NCBI GenBank assembly: GCA_964478975.1
Contig: CAYZKQ010000002.1
Coordinates: forward strand, 1-53,043
DNA length: 53,043 nt
Direction: 5' to 3'
From: an uncultured Vicinamibacterales bacterium
Lineage (GTDB): Bacteria > Acidobacteriota > Vicinamibacteria > Vicinamibacterales > JAHECP01
The notes under the pieces were generated by a model. The model ran no database searches. It was given only the letters and a program-made list of their open reading frames with translations, and was not told the DNA's origin. Positions within the stretch are counted from its first letter, which is position 1. Each line of letters begins with the position of its first letter. This document shows positions 9,105 through 17,167 of this stretch, piece after piece. The translations under genes were made by a program, and so were the position numbers.

Positions 9105-9500
9105 ATGGTGCCGGGAAAAACCCCCCCGCCGAGCGTGCTCATCGTCGATGACGAAGCCCTGATCCGCTGGTCGCTTTCCGAAAGCCTCTCGCGGGCAGGG
9201 TATCACGTCCTCGAGGCCGCCGATCGCCAGGGCACCCTCCGGATCCTCGACCAGAACCGGTCGCGCCTGTGTGTCGTCCTGCTGGACATCCGCCTGCCGG
9301 ATTCCCACGACCTGGGCCTGCTGCGGACGATCCGGCAGCGCGCGCCTGACTGCCGGGTGATCGTCATGACGGCGCATGGCTCGGCCGAGCTGACCCGCCA
9401 GGCCCTCGAGTCGGGGGCCTACCGGGTGGTGGACAAGCCGTTCGACCTCGACGACATGGTCGGCCTGGTCGCCGAGGCCCTCCAGCAGCCACCGCACTGA
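9105..9500 (+). CDS. Single-domain response regulator (REC)
   Basis: [15 protein letters not shown]...[10 protein letters not shown]...VIVMTAHG...KPFDLDD. The ORF opens at 9015; ATG 9105 fits a REC N-terminus. Confidence 0.85.
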   Translation: MVPGKTPPPSVLIVDDEALIRWSLSESLSRAGYHVLEAADRQGTLRILDQNRSRLCVVLLDIRLPDSHDLGLLRTIRQRAPDCRVIVMTAHGSAELTRQALESGAYRVVDKPFDLDDMVGLVAEALQQPPH

Positions 9501-9609
9501 TCGTCGTCGCTGCACCGTCCTGCCATCGCTCCGGCTCGTGCAGACCGCCCCAGGCCGACGCGAGCCGGGGCGTCCCCCCGCGGCACGGGGGCGGCGCGCG
9601 CCCTCCTTA

Positions 9610-9615
9610 TATAAT
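9610..9615 (+). promoter_or_regulatory. Perfect TATAAT box 8 nt upstream of the NtrC-type gene start (possible leaderless transcript)
   Basis: ccttaTATAATgcgactcgATG. There is no SD between the box and ATG 9624. Confidence 0.3.
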
Positions 9616-9623
9616 GCGACTCG

Positions 9624-10979
9624 ATGGCCGTCGCCACCGTCCTGGTCGTCGACGACGAGCAGCTCATCCGCTGGTCGCTGGCCGAACGTCTGGCGCAGGC
9701 CGGGCACCGCGTGCTCGAAGCGGGCACGGCGCGCGAGGCGTCGGAGCGGCTGTCGGACGAGGTGGACCTGGTGCTGCTGGACTACCGGCTGCCCGACGCC
9801 GACGGCCTGGCGCTGCTGCGGGAGATCCGCGCGAAGCATCCCGACACGGTCGTGATCGTGATGACGGCGTACTCGAGCGTCGACACGGCGGTGGCGGCGA
9901 TGAAGGCGGGGGCGTACCACTACGTGGCGAAGCCGTTCAACCTCGACGAGGTCGCGGTGCTCGTCGACAAGGGGCTCGAGACGACGGCGTTGCGGCGCGA
10001 GGTGCGGGCGCTCCGGGCGAGTCAGAGCGAGCCGTACGACCTCAACCGGATCGTCGGCGAGTCGCCCCCGATGCAGGCCGTCAAAGCGCTCCTGGCGAAG
10101 GTGGCGGCCAGTCCGGCCTCGACCGTGCTGCTCATGGGCGAGAGCGGGACCGGCAAGGATCTGGCCGCGAAGGTGATCCACTTCACGAGCGCCCGGGCGG
10201 GCCGGCCCTTCGTCAACATCACGTGTTCGGCGCTGCCGGAACCGCTGCTCGAGTCCGAGCTGTTCGGCCACGAGCGCGGCGCGTTCACCGACGCGCGGCA
10301 GCAGAAGCGGGGTCTGTTCGAGTCGGCCGACGGCGGGACCGTGTTCCTCGACGAGATCGGCGAGATGCTGCCGGCGCTCCAGGCGAAGCTGCTGCGGTTT
10401 CTCGAAGAGAAGACCTTCAAGCGGGTGGGGGGGACGGCCGACATCCGCGTGGACGTGCGCGTCATCGCCGCGACGAATCGGAACCTCGAGGAGGCGGTCA
10501 AGCAGGGGAAATTCCGTGAGGATCTGTACTACCGGTTGAACGTCCTGCCCATCACGCTGCCCCCGCTGCGCGAGCACCCCAGCGACATTCCGCTGCTCGT
10601 CAACTACTACGTGGATCTGTTCAACCGGGAGTTCAAGAAGCGCGTCCGCGGGGTCTCGCCCGAGGCGATGGCGCGCTTGCAGCGGCACAGTTGGCCCGGC
10701 AACATCCGCGAGCTGCGCAACGTCGTGGAGCGCGCGGTCCTGCTCGCCGAGCACGACATCCTCACGCCGGAGCAGTTCCCGATGTTCGTGGCGCGGCCCG
10801 TGAGCGCCGGGTTCGAGTTGCCGCCGGGCGGGGTCAACCTCGAGGAGCTCGAGCGCGACCTCGTCGTGCAGGCGCTCGCGCGCGCCGGCGGGAACCAGAC
10901 GCGGGCCGCCGCGCTCCTCGGGCTGAACCGGGACCAGATCCGGTACCGGATCGAGAAATTCGGACTGAGTCGGTCCTGA
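9624..10979 (+). CDS. Sigma54-dependent response regulator (NtrC family: REC-AAA+-HTH)
   Basis: [12 protein letters not shown], Walker [22 protein letters not shown] (a variant of GAFTGA), [10 protein letters not shown] and a C-terminal Fis-type HTH are present. Confidence 0.95.
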   Translation: MAVATVLVVDDEQLIRWSLAERLAQAGHRVLEAGTAREASERLSDEVDLVLLDYRLPDADGLALLREIRAKHPDTVVIVMTAYSSVDTAVAAMKAGAYHYVAKPFNLDEVAVLVDKGLETTALRREVRALRASQSEPYDLNRIVGESPPMQAVKALLAKVAASPASTVLLMGESGTGKDLAAKVIHFTSARAGRPFVNITCSALPEPLLESELFGHERGAFTDARQQKRGLFESADGGTVFLDEIGEMLPALQAKLLRFLEEKTFKRVGGTADIRVDVRVIAATNRNLEEAVKQGKFREDLYYRLNVLPITLPPLREHPSDIPLLVNYYVDLFNREFKKRVRGVSPEAMARLQRHSWPGNIRELRNVVERAVLLAEHDILTPEQFPMFVARPVSAGFELPPGGVNLEELERDLVVQALARAGGNQTRAAALLGLNRDQIRYRIEKFGLSRS

Positions 10980-11100
10980 ATCCGCAAATTCCCCGGTGCG
11001 CCCCGCGGAATAATCCACACGGCCCCGGGCGCCATCGCCCCCCGAACGGGCGGGCCTGCCGAAAACCCGGCTGATTCCGTTCGCGGAGGTGACGCTTCTC

Positions 11101-11115
11101 TGGCACGGCGGTTGC
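11101..11115 (+). promoter_or_regulatory. Sigma54 (-24/-12) promoter
   Basis: TGGCAC-ggcgg-TTGC is a perfect core. It lies 22 nt upstream of ATG 11138, which has the SD aggag. Confidence 0.75.
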
Positions 11116-11137
11116 CTGGTTTCCGGCAGGAGCCACT

Positions 11138-11446
11138 ATGTCGAGCCTCGTGACGGACGGCAACCGCGAGATGGAGCGGTCGGGGCGGGCCGCGGCGAAG
11201 GAGCCCGGGAAGGAGCGCGCGATGGTGACGCGGGAGCGGGTCGAGGCGGTCCTCGAGCGCATCCGGCCGTTTCTGCAGGCCGACGGCGGGGACATCGAGC
11301 TCATCGAGGTCCAGGGCAACTCGGCGAAGGTGCGGCTCACCGGGATGTGCGCGGGGTGTCCGAGCGCGCACATGACGCTCTATATGGGCGTCGAGATGGC
11401 GCTGCGCGAAGAGATCCGCGAGTTCGAGGAGCTGCACGTCGTGTGA
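11138..11446 (+). CDS. NifU C-terminal (Nfu-type) Fe-S scaffold-domain protein
   Basis: RIRPFLQADGGDIELIEVQGNSAKVRLTGMCAGCPSAHMTL is the classic Nfu CxxC domain. An alternative start is ATG 11222. Confidence 0.85.
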   Translation: MSSLVTDGNREMERSGRAAAKEPGKERAMVTRERVEAVLERIRPFLQADGGDIELIEVQGNSAKVRLTGMCAGCPSAHMTLYMGVEMALREEIREFEELHVV

Positions 11447-11463
11447 CGGGCGCAGGTGGGCGC

Positions 11464-12483
<1,020 letters not shown>

Positions 12484-12522
12484 TCTGAAGACGCCCGTCG
12501 CGGGCGCAGGGAGACGGCTGGG

Positions 12523-12933
12523 ATGATAACCGAAACGCGGTACGGGTTGGGCGTGGTCGTGCGGCAGGGGTTCGACGACACTCTGGCGCGGACGGTCGAC
12601 GCGCTCAAGCAAGAGGGCTTCGGCGTCCTCACGACGATCGACGTCCGGCAGACGCTCAAAGAAAAGCTGGGGCTGGACTTTCGGCGGTATGTGATCCTCG
12701 GGGCCTGCAACCCGCCGCTGGCGCACCGGGCGTTCGAGGCGGAGCTCGAGATCGGGCTGCTTTTGCCGTGCAACGTGATCGTCTACGACCGGGGCGACGG
12801 GACGACGGCGGTGTCGGCAATGGCGCCGCGGGCGGCGCTCGGGGTCGTCGGCGAGAATCCGGCGCTGGCGGCCGTGGCGGCGGAAGCCGACGCGCGGTTG
12901 CGCCGGGCGCTGGAGGCGGTGGAGGGGGCATGA
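12523..12933 (+). CDS. DUF302 domain protein
   Basis: GFGVLTTIDVRQTLKEKLGLDFRRYVILGACNPPLAHRA...GLLLPCNVIVY is the typical DUF302 signature. Confidence 0.85.
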   Translation: MITETRYGLGVVVRQGFDDTLARTVDALKQEGFGVLTTIDVRQTLKEKLGLDFRRYVILGACNPPLAHRAFEAELEIGLLLPCNVIVYDRGDGTTAVSAMAPRAALGVVGENPALAAVAAEADARLRRALEAVEGA

Positions 12934-13019
12934 GCGAGGGGCTGGCGGTCGGCGCGGCCCTGGTGGCGTGGGTCGCGCTCACGTACTGGGTGCTGCCCAA
13001 GCTGGGCGTTCCGACGTGA
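12930..13019 (+). CDS. 29-aa hydrophobic membrane micropeptide, translationally coupled to DUF302
   Basis: ATG 12930 overlaps the DUF302 stop (ATGA), and the SD ggaggg lies about 6 nt upstream. The sequence MSEGLAVGAALVAWVALTYWVLPKLGVPT forms one TM helix. Confidence 0.45.
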   Translation: MSEGLAVGAALVAWVALTYWVLPKLGVPT

Positions 13020-13116
13020 GCGCGGCCGGCGGCGCGCGCCGAGGATCGGCGCGACGAGCGGCGGAGCGGTTGCTGAGGCGGCGGGCGGGACCCGGACGGT
13101 CCCCGAGGAGTCGACC

Positions 13117-14121
13117 ATGGCCGAGCGCGGCGCCTTCTCGATGGAGTCGGTCGTCGTCGGGCGCAGCCAGCGGATGCGCGCGGTGTTCGACTTCGTCCGC
13201 GTCATCGCCGACAGCGACAGCAGCGTCCTGATCACGGGCGAGACGGGGACGGGCAAGGAACTCATCGCGAACCTCATCCACTATTCTTCGTCGCGGCGGC
13301 ACAAGCCGTTCGTCCCCGTGAGCTGCGCCATCCTGACCGAAACGCTCATCGAATCCGAGCTGTTCGGCCACGAGCGCGGCGCCTTCACGGGGGCGATCAA
13401 GGACCGCCCGGGCCGGTTCGAGCTGGCCGACGGCGGCACGATCTTCCTCGACGACATCGACGACATCCCGCAATCGATCCAGGTCAAACTCCTGCGCGTG
13501 CTGCAGAACCGCACCATCGAGCGCGTCGGGGGCACGCGGCCGATCCCCGTCAACGTGCGCGTCATCACGGGGTCGAAGCGCAACCTCAAGCAGCTCGTGG
13601 CCGAGGGCAAGTTCCGCGAGGACCTCTACTACCGGCTGAACGTGGTGCCGATCATCCTGCCGCCGCTCCGCGAGCGCCGCGAGGACATCCCCGTCCTGAT
13701 GGAGCACTTCCTCACGCGCTTCTTCCGCGAGCGGGGCGAGGACATGAAGCCGGTGAGCCCCGCCGTGCGCCAGGCCTTTCTGGGCTACGCGTGGCCGGGC
13801 AACGTGCGGGAACTCGAAAACGCCTGCGAGCGCATCGCGCAGACCTGCACCTGCGACCAGGTGCGCATCGGGTGCGTGCCGGCCAGCGTCCTGTTCCACC
13901 CGCAACTGGAGATCGCCGAGCCGGTCTTCGACACGACCGTCCCGCGGCCGGCCATCTCCCTGGACGAGCGGCTCCAGGAAGTCGAGGCGCGCCTGATCAC
14001 CTGGGCTCTCAAGGTCAGCCACGGCAACAAGTCCCGGGCCGCGGAGGTGCTGAAGATCAAGCGGTCGACCCTCGGCGACCGGATCAAGAAGCTCGGCCTC
14101 GACCACCTCGAAATCAACTGA
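13117..14121 (+). CDS. Second sensor-less sigma54 enhancer-binding protein, paralogue of 11464..12483
   Basis: [44 protein letters not shown] and the HTH NKSRAAEVLKIKRSTL are present. By eye it is about two-thirds or more identical to the first copy. Confidence 0.9.
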   Translation: MAERGAFSMESVVVGRSQRMRAVFDFVRVIADSDSSVLITGETGTGKELIANLIHYSSSRRHKPFVPVSCAILTETLIESELFGHERGAFTGAIKDRPGRFELADGGTIFLDDIDDIPQSIQVKLLRVLQNRTIERVGGTRPIPVNVRVITGSKRNLKQLVAEGKFREDLYYRLNVVPIILPPLRERREDIPVLMEHFLTRFFRERGEDMKPVSPAVRQAFLGYAWPGNVRELENACERIAQTCTCDQVRIGCVPASVLFHPQLEIAEPVFDTTVPRPAISLDERLQEVEARLITWALKVSHGNKSRAAEVLKIKRSTLGDRIKKLGLDHLEIN

Positions 14122-14143
14122 TCAACTGACACGCCGCGATCGC

Positions 14144-14158
14144 TGGCACTGCCGTTGC
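14144..14158 (+). promoter_or_regulatory. Sigma54 (-24/-12) promoter
   Basis: TGGCAC-tgccg-TTGC(T) is a perfect core, 22 nt after the bEBP stop. A tandem ATCAACTG x2 lies just upstream (14113-14128). Confidence 0.65.
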
Positions 14159-14159
14159 T

Positions 14160-14618
14160 ATGTCGCGAGGTATGGCTTCGGTGCTCGCCGCAACACCGTC
14201 CATCACCCCCACCCTCGATGTGCGCATCGTCGGGCCCGAGTCGCCGCGGCTCTCGCGGGCCGACCTCGCGCGACTCTTCCCGCGCGTCCGGCCGGACTCG
14301 CGGCAAGGCGAGCGCCTCGCACGGGCCCCGCGCGTGGAGGTCCGCGCCGGCCCGTCGGTCGTGGGCGTGGCCGTCTACCAGCGAACCGACGCGGAGCTGC
14401 GCGTTCCGGCCCTGGGGCTCGTGCCGGCGCCCGGCGTCCAGGCGGATGCCGTCCTCCATCTGCTCCTCGACACCCTCGAGGCCATGTGCCTCGCGGGCGG
14501 CGGGCGCCGCGTCGTGGTGATTCCTCCGCGGGGGAGCCACACCGCATTCCGGCGGCGCGGCTACGATCTGGTCAGCGAAGGCTGCGCGGGCGCGTGGAGG
14601 GAGAAGACCCTAGCGTAG
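14160..14618 (+). CDS. Hypothetical protein (possibly a degenerate GNAT-like fold)
   Basis: The ORF has ordinary composition. If the promoter at 14144 is used, the start is more likely ATG 14172 (MASVLAAT), giving a near-leaderless transcript. No firm family motif was found. Confidence 0.4.
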   Translation: MSRGMASVLAATPSITPTLDVRIVGPESPRLSRADLARLFPRVRPDSRQGERLARAPRVEVRAGPSVVGVAVYQRTDAELRVPALGLVPAPGVQADAVLHLLLDTLEAMCLAGGGRRVVVIPPRGSHTAFRRRGYDLVSEGCAGAWREKTLA

Positions 14619-15062
14619 CTAGCCGGCGTCCGCGCGGACGCCGAGCGCGAGGCGATAGAGCACGCGATCGTCGCGGGCCACGTGCCCGCGCAACCGGCCG
14701 AGCAGGGCGTCGCAGAGCGACTCCACGTCGGGCGAGTCGGGGTTGCTCGCGAGAATCGATTCGAGCAGCTCGAGGTCCTCTTCCAGCCGCGCGTGTTCCT
14801 CGTCCAGTTGCGCCACGGCCGCCTGGTCGAGAACCGGCGCCTGCGCCAGCAGGATCCGCCGCTCGAGCGCGCCGTGGAGAATAACCGCCGTGCCCAGGTC
14901 GAGGACCTCCCGCGGGTCGGGGCGGGCCTCGGCGAGACGCCGGGCGAGCCGGCCGTGCGCCCGGGTCACGAGAGCCACCAGCGCCGCGTCCGGAAACGAC
15001 GAGCCGGCCGCGTCCCGATCGGGACCGCCATCGCAAATCATGCCGCTCGCAGGATACCCCAT
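14619..15062 (-). CDS. Hemerythrin/HHE-like cation-binding domain protein (tentative)
   Basis: His/Glu-rich helices are spaced as LHGALERRIL, LDEEHARLEEDLELLE and LRGHVARDDRVLY. It lies downstream of and co-oriented with the crp/fnr gene. Confidence 0.5.
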   Translation of the reverse strand: MGYPASGMICDGGPDRDAAGSSFPDAALVALVTRAHGRLARRLAEARPDPREVLDLGTAVILHGALERRILLAQAPVLDQAAVAQLDEEHARLEEDLELLESILASNPDSPDVESLCDALLGRLRGHVARDDRVLYRLALGVRADAG

Positions 15063-15150
15063 GGCCCCACCGGTTCTATGATCCCAGTCATAGCCGCTCC
15101 GGCGTGACCCGGCGGCGGCCCGTTCGGCAGGGACCGACCCCGGCCTCCTG

Positions 15151-15849
15151 CTACATCATCGCCAGAATCTCGAGGGCCTTCCGGTCCAGCACGACAAAGC
15201 CGTCTTTCTCGGTGCGGACGACGTCCTGCTTGCCCCACCGGCTCATGATGCGGATGCAGGTTTCGATGGTGGTGCCCGTCATGTCGGCCAGTTCCTGGCG
15301 CGAGAGGGGCAGGGGAATGAACACGCCGCCGCGCTCCGGGCGCCCGCGCTCGTCCGCCAGCTTCAGGAACAACCGCGCGAACCGCGGTTCGACCCGCCCG
15401 CCGGTCAGCTCGGCCATGCGGTTGGTCAGCTCGATCAGGCGGTGCGTCAGGCCGAACAGCAGGCCCCGGACGAGCGACGGGTGCCGCTCGAGCAGCTCGA
15501 AAAAGGCCTGGCGGGGAACCTGGAGGCAGGTCGTGTCTTCGAGGGCCACGGCCGAGGCCGGAAACGGCTTGCCCTCGTAGGCGGCCACCGCCCCGAACGG
15601 GTCGCCCGGCCCGAACACTTCCAGAATGACATCCTTACCCGACGGCGTGGCCTTGACGATTTTTACCCGCCCGGCAGCGATGTAGTAGAAGCAATCGGAG
15701 GGCGAACCTTCTTCGAAAATGACCTCGTTCCGGGCGTAGGTCTTGACCCGAGACACGCTCGCCAGCCGGGTCCGGTCCTCAGGCGCCAGCCTCCGGAACA
15801 CCGGCGTCGTCCGCAGCAACTCCTCGGGGGTCGGGAGCACGTGCCCCAT
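15151..15849 (-). CDS. Crp/Fnr-family transcription regulator (no FNR-type N-terminal Cys cluster)
   Basis: It has a cNMP-binding fold (FYYIAAGRVKIVK...GPGDPFG) and a C-terminal HTH (SRQELADMTGTTIETCIRIMSRW). Confidence 0.9.
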   Translation of the reverse strand: MGHVLPTPEELLRTTPVFRRLAPEDRTRLASVSRVKTYARNEVIFEEGSPSDCFYYIAAGRVKIVKATPSGKDVILEVFGPGDPFGAVAAYEGKPFPASAVALEDTTCLQVPRQAFFELLERHPSLVRGLLFGLTHRLIELTNRMAELTGGRVEPRFARLFLKLADERGRPERGGVFIPLPLSRQELADMTGTTIETCIRIMSRWGKQDVVRTEKDGFVVLDRKALEILAMM

Positions 15850-15974
15850 GATACCCCGCCTCCCGGGGTCCCGGATTTCCGGCGTCCGCGGGGGTCTGGG
15901 GGGGCTCTGGGTGCCGGTTCGTCGGAGGAGGGACCCAGCCGGCGCCGGGGAGCCGGGCGACCGCCTGACGATCG

Positions 15975-15990
15975 ATTAAGATTTCTTAAT
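15975..15990. promoter_or_regulatory. Perfect 16-bp AT-rich palindrome ATTAAGA-TT-TCTTAAT (candidate operator; TTAAG-N4-CTTAA has FNR/CRP-like geometry)
   Basis: It was read directly from the sequence. It is the only AT-rich patch in the divergent crp/fnr - mtrA intergenic region. Confidence 0.5.
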
Positions 15991-16030
15991 GATTCGCGAG
16001 GCGGGCGCGGGCCCGTTGGAAATTTCAACG

Positions 16031-16045
16031 AGGCACGGGCCTTGC
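16031..16045 (+). promoter_or_regulatory. Candidate sigma54 (-24/-12) promoter for the decahaem/porin operon
   Basis: aGGCACG-ggcc-TTGCT matches the extended consensus TGGCACG-N4-TTGCW except at the first base. It lies about 125 nt upstream of ATG 16172. Confidence 0.55.
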
Positions 16046-16171
16046 TGTTGTGGGAAGTGGCGCTCGACGGGAGGAGCGCCCTCGGGGGTCGACCCCGGCG
16101 GAACGGTCGGTCATACGAGTCCTTCGGATGGTTCCATCGCGGCCGCGTCCCGAGGCCGGGGGGAGGAGCAC

Positions 16172-17149
16172 ATGGGACGCTTGAGGCGTACCCTGGGGCC
16201 GGCGGTCGCCATCGCCGGAGCGCTCGGGATGTGGGGACTCGCCGTGCTGGCGGCGCGGGCGGAAGCGCCGCCGGCCGCGGGCGTGCCCCGACCCGGCACG
16301 ACGGGGGTGGTGCAGGCCGGCGGCTACGTCGGCGAAGACACCTGCCTGACGTGCCACGAGCAGCAGAGCTACAAGGGCACGGCGCACGCGCTCAAGGGGG
16401 ACGTGCGGACGCCTGCGGCGACGCACGGATGCGAGAGCTGCCACGGCCCGGGACAGGCGCACGTCGACGCCGGCGGTGACAAGACCAAGATCAAGACGTT
16501 CAAGGCGTTGAGCCCGGTGGAGGCCAACGCGGTGTGCACGACGTGCCACACCCGCGGTGCGCATCTGCTCTGGGAGAGCAGCGCCCACGAGAACCGGAAC
16601 GTGACGTGCGTGACGTGCCACAGCGTGCACGGGGCGAAATCGGACGCGGCGCTGCTCAAGGCGAAGACCGAGGCCGACACGTGCGCGGTGTGCCACCGCG
16701 ACAAGGTGCAGAAGCTGCAGCGGTCGGCGCACATGCCGGTGCAGGCCGGCGCGGCGCGCGAGGGGAAGATGGCGTGTTCCTCGTGCCACAACCCGCACGG
16801 CAGTACGAACGTCCGGCTCCTCAAGGCGGGCCAGAGCGTCAACGACAGTTGTCTGACCTGCCACGCCGAGAAGCGCGGCCCGTATCTGTGGGAGCACGCA
16901 GCGGTCGCCGAGAGCTGCACGAGCTGCCACGATCCGCACGGCTCGTCGAACGACCGCATGCTGGTCGCCAAGCAACCGTTCCTCTGCCAGCGCTGCCACG
17001 TGACCGCCCGGCACCCGCCGACGATCTACGACAACTACGTGCGGAACAACACGACGGGGGCCAACCGGATTCTGGCGCGTTCGTGCACCGTGTGCCACCA
17101 GAACATCCACGGGTCGAACGCGGCGTCGGGCAAGTTCTTCCTGCGCTAG
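16172..17149 (+). CDS. mtrA: Periplasmic decahaem c-type cytochrome, MtrA/DmsE/PioA/MtoA family
   Basis: There are ten CxxCH motifs (CLTCH, CESCH, CTTCH, CVTCH, CAVCH, CSSCH, CLTCH, CTSCH, CQRCH, CTVCH) in about 325 aa. A signal peptide is present, and the SD gggaggag precedes ATG 16172. Confidence 0.9.
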   Translation: MGRLRRTLGPAVAIAGALGMWGLAVLAARAEAPPAAGVPRPGTTGVVQAGGYVGEDTCLTCHEQQSYKGTAHALKGDVRTPAATHGCESCHGPGQAHVDAGGDKTKIKTFKALSPVEANAVCTTCHTRGAHLLWESSAHENRNVTCVTCHSVHGAKSDAALLKAKTEADTCAVCHRDKVQKLQRSAHMPVQAGAAREGKMACSSCHNPHGSTNVRLLKAGQSVNDSCLTCHAEKRGPYLWEHAAVAESCTSCHDPHGSSNDRMLVAKQPFLCQRCHVTARHPPTIYDNYVRNNTTGANRILARSCTVCHQNIHGSNAASGKFFLR

Positions 17150-17167
17150 GCGAGGAGGTTCACGAAG

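Noticed and set aside
9582-9595. Sigma54-like element cGGCAC-ggggg-cgGC upstream of the NtrC-type gene
   Set aside because: The -12 element is poor (CGGC instead of TTGC), and it lies in a G/C run where such matches arise by chance.
13016-13076. Possible selenocysteine read-through of the micropeptide stop (TGA 13016), with a nearby hairpin gcgccg-aggat-cggcgc
   Set aside because: The 19-codon extension (ARPAARAEDRRDERRSGC) looks like translated GC-rich spacer and gives no recognisable redox motif partner for a U. GC-rich hairpins are common here. It is worth only a quick homology check.
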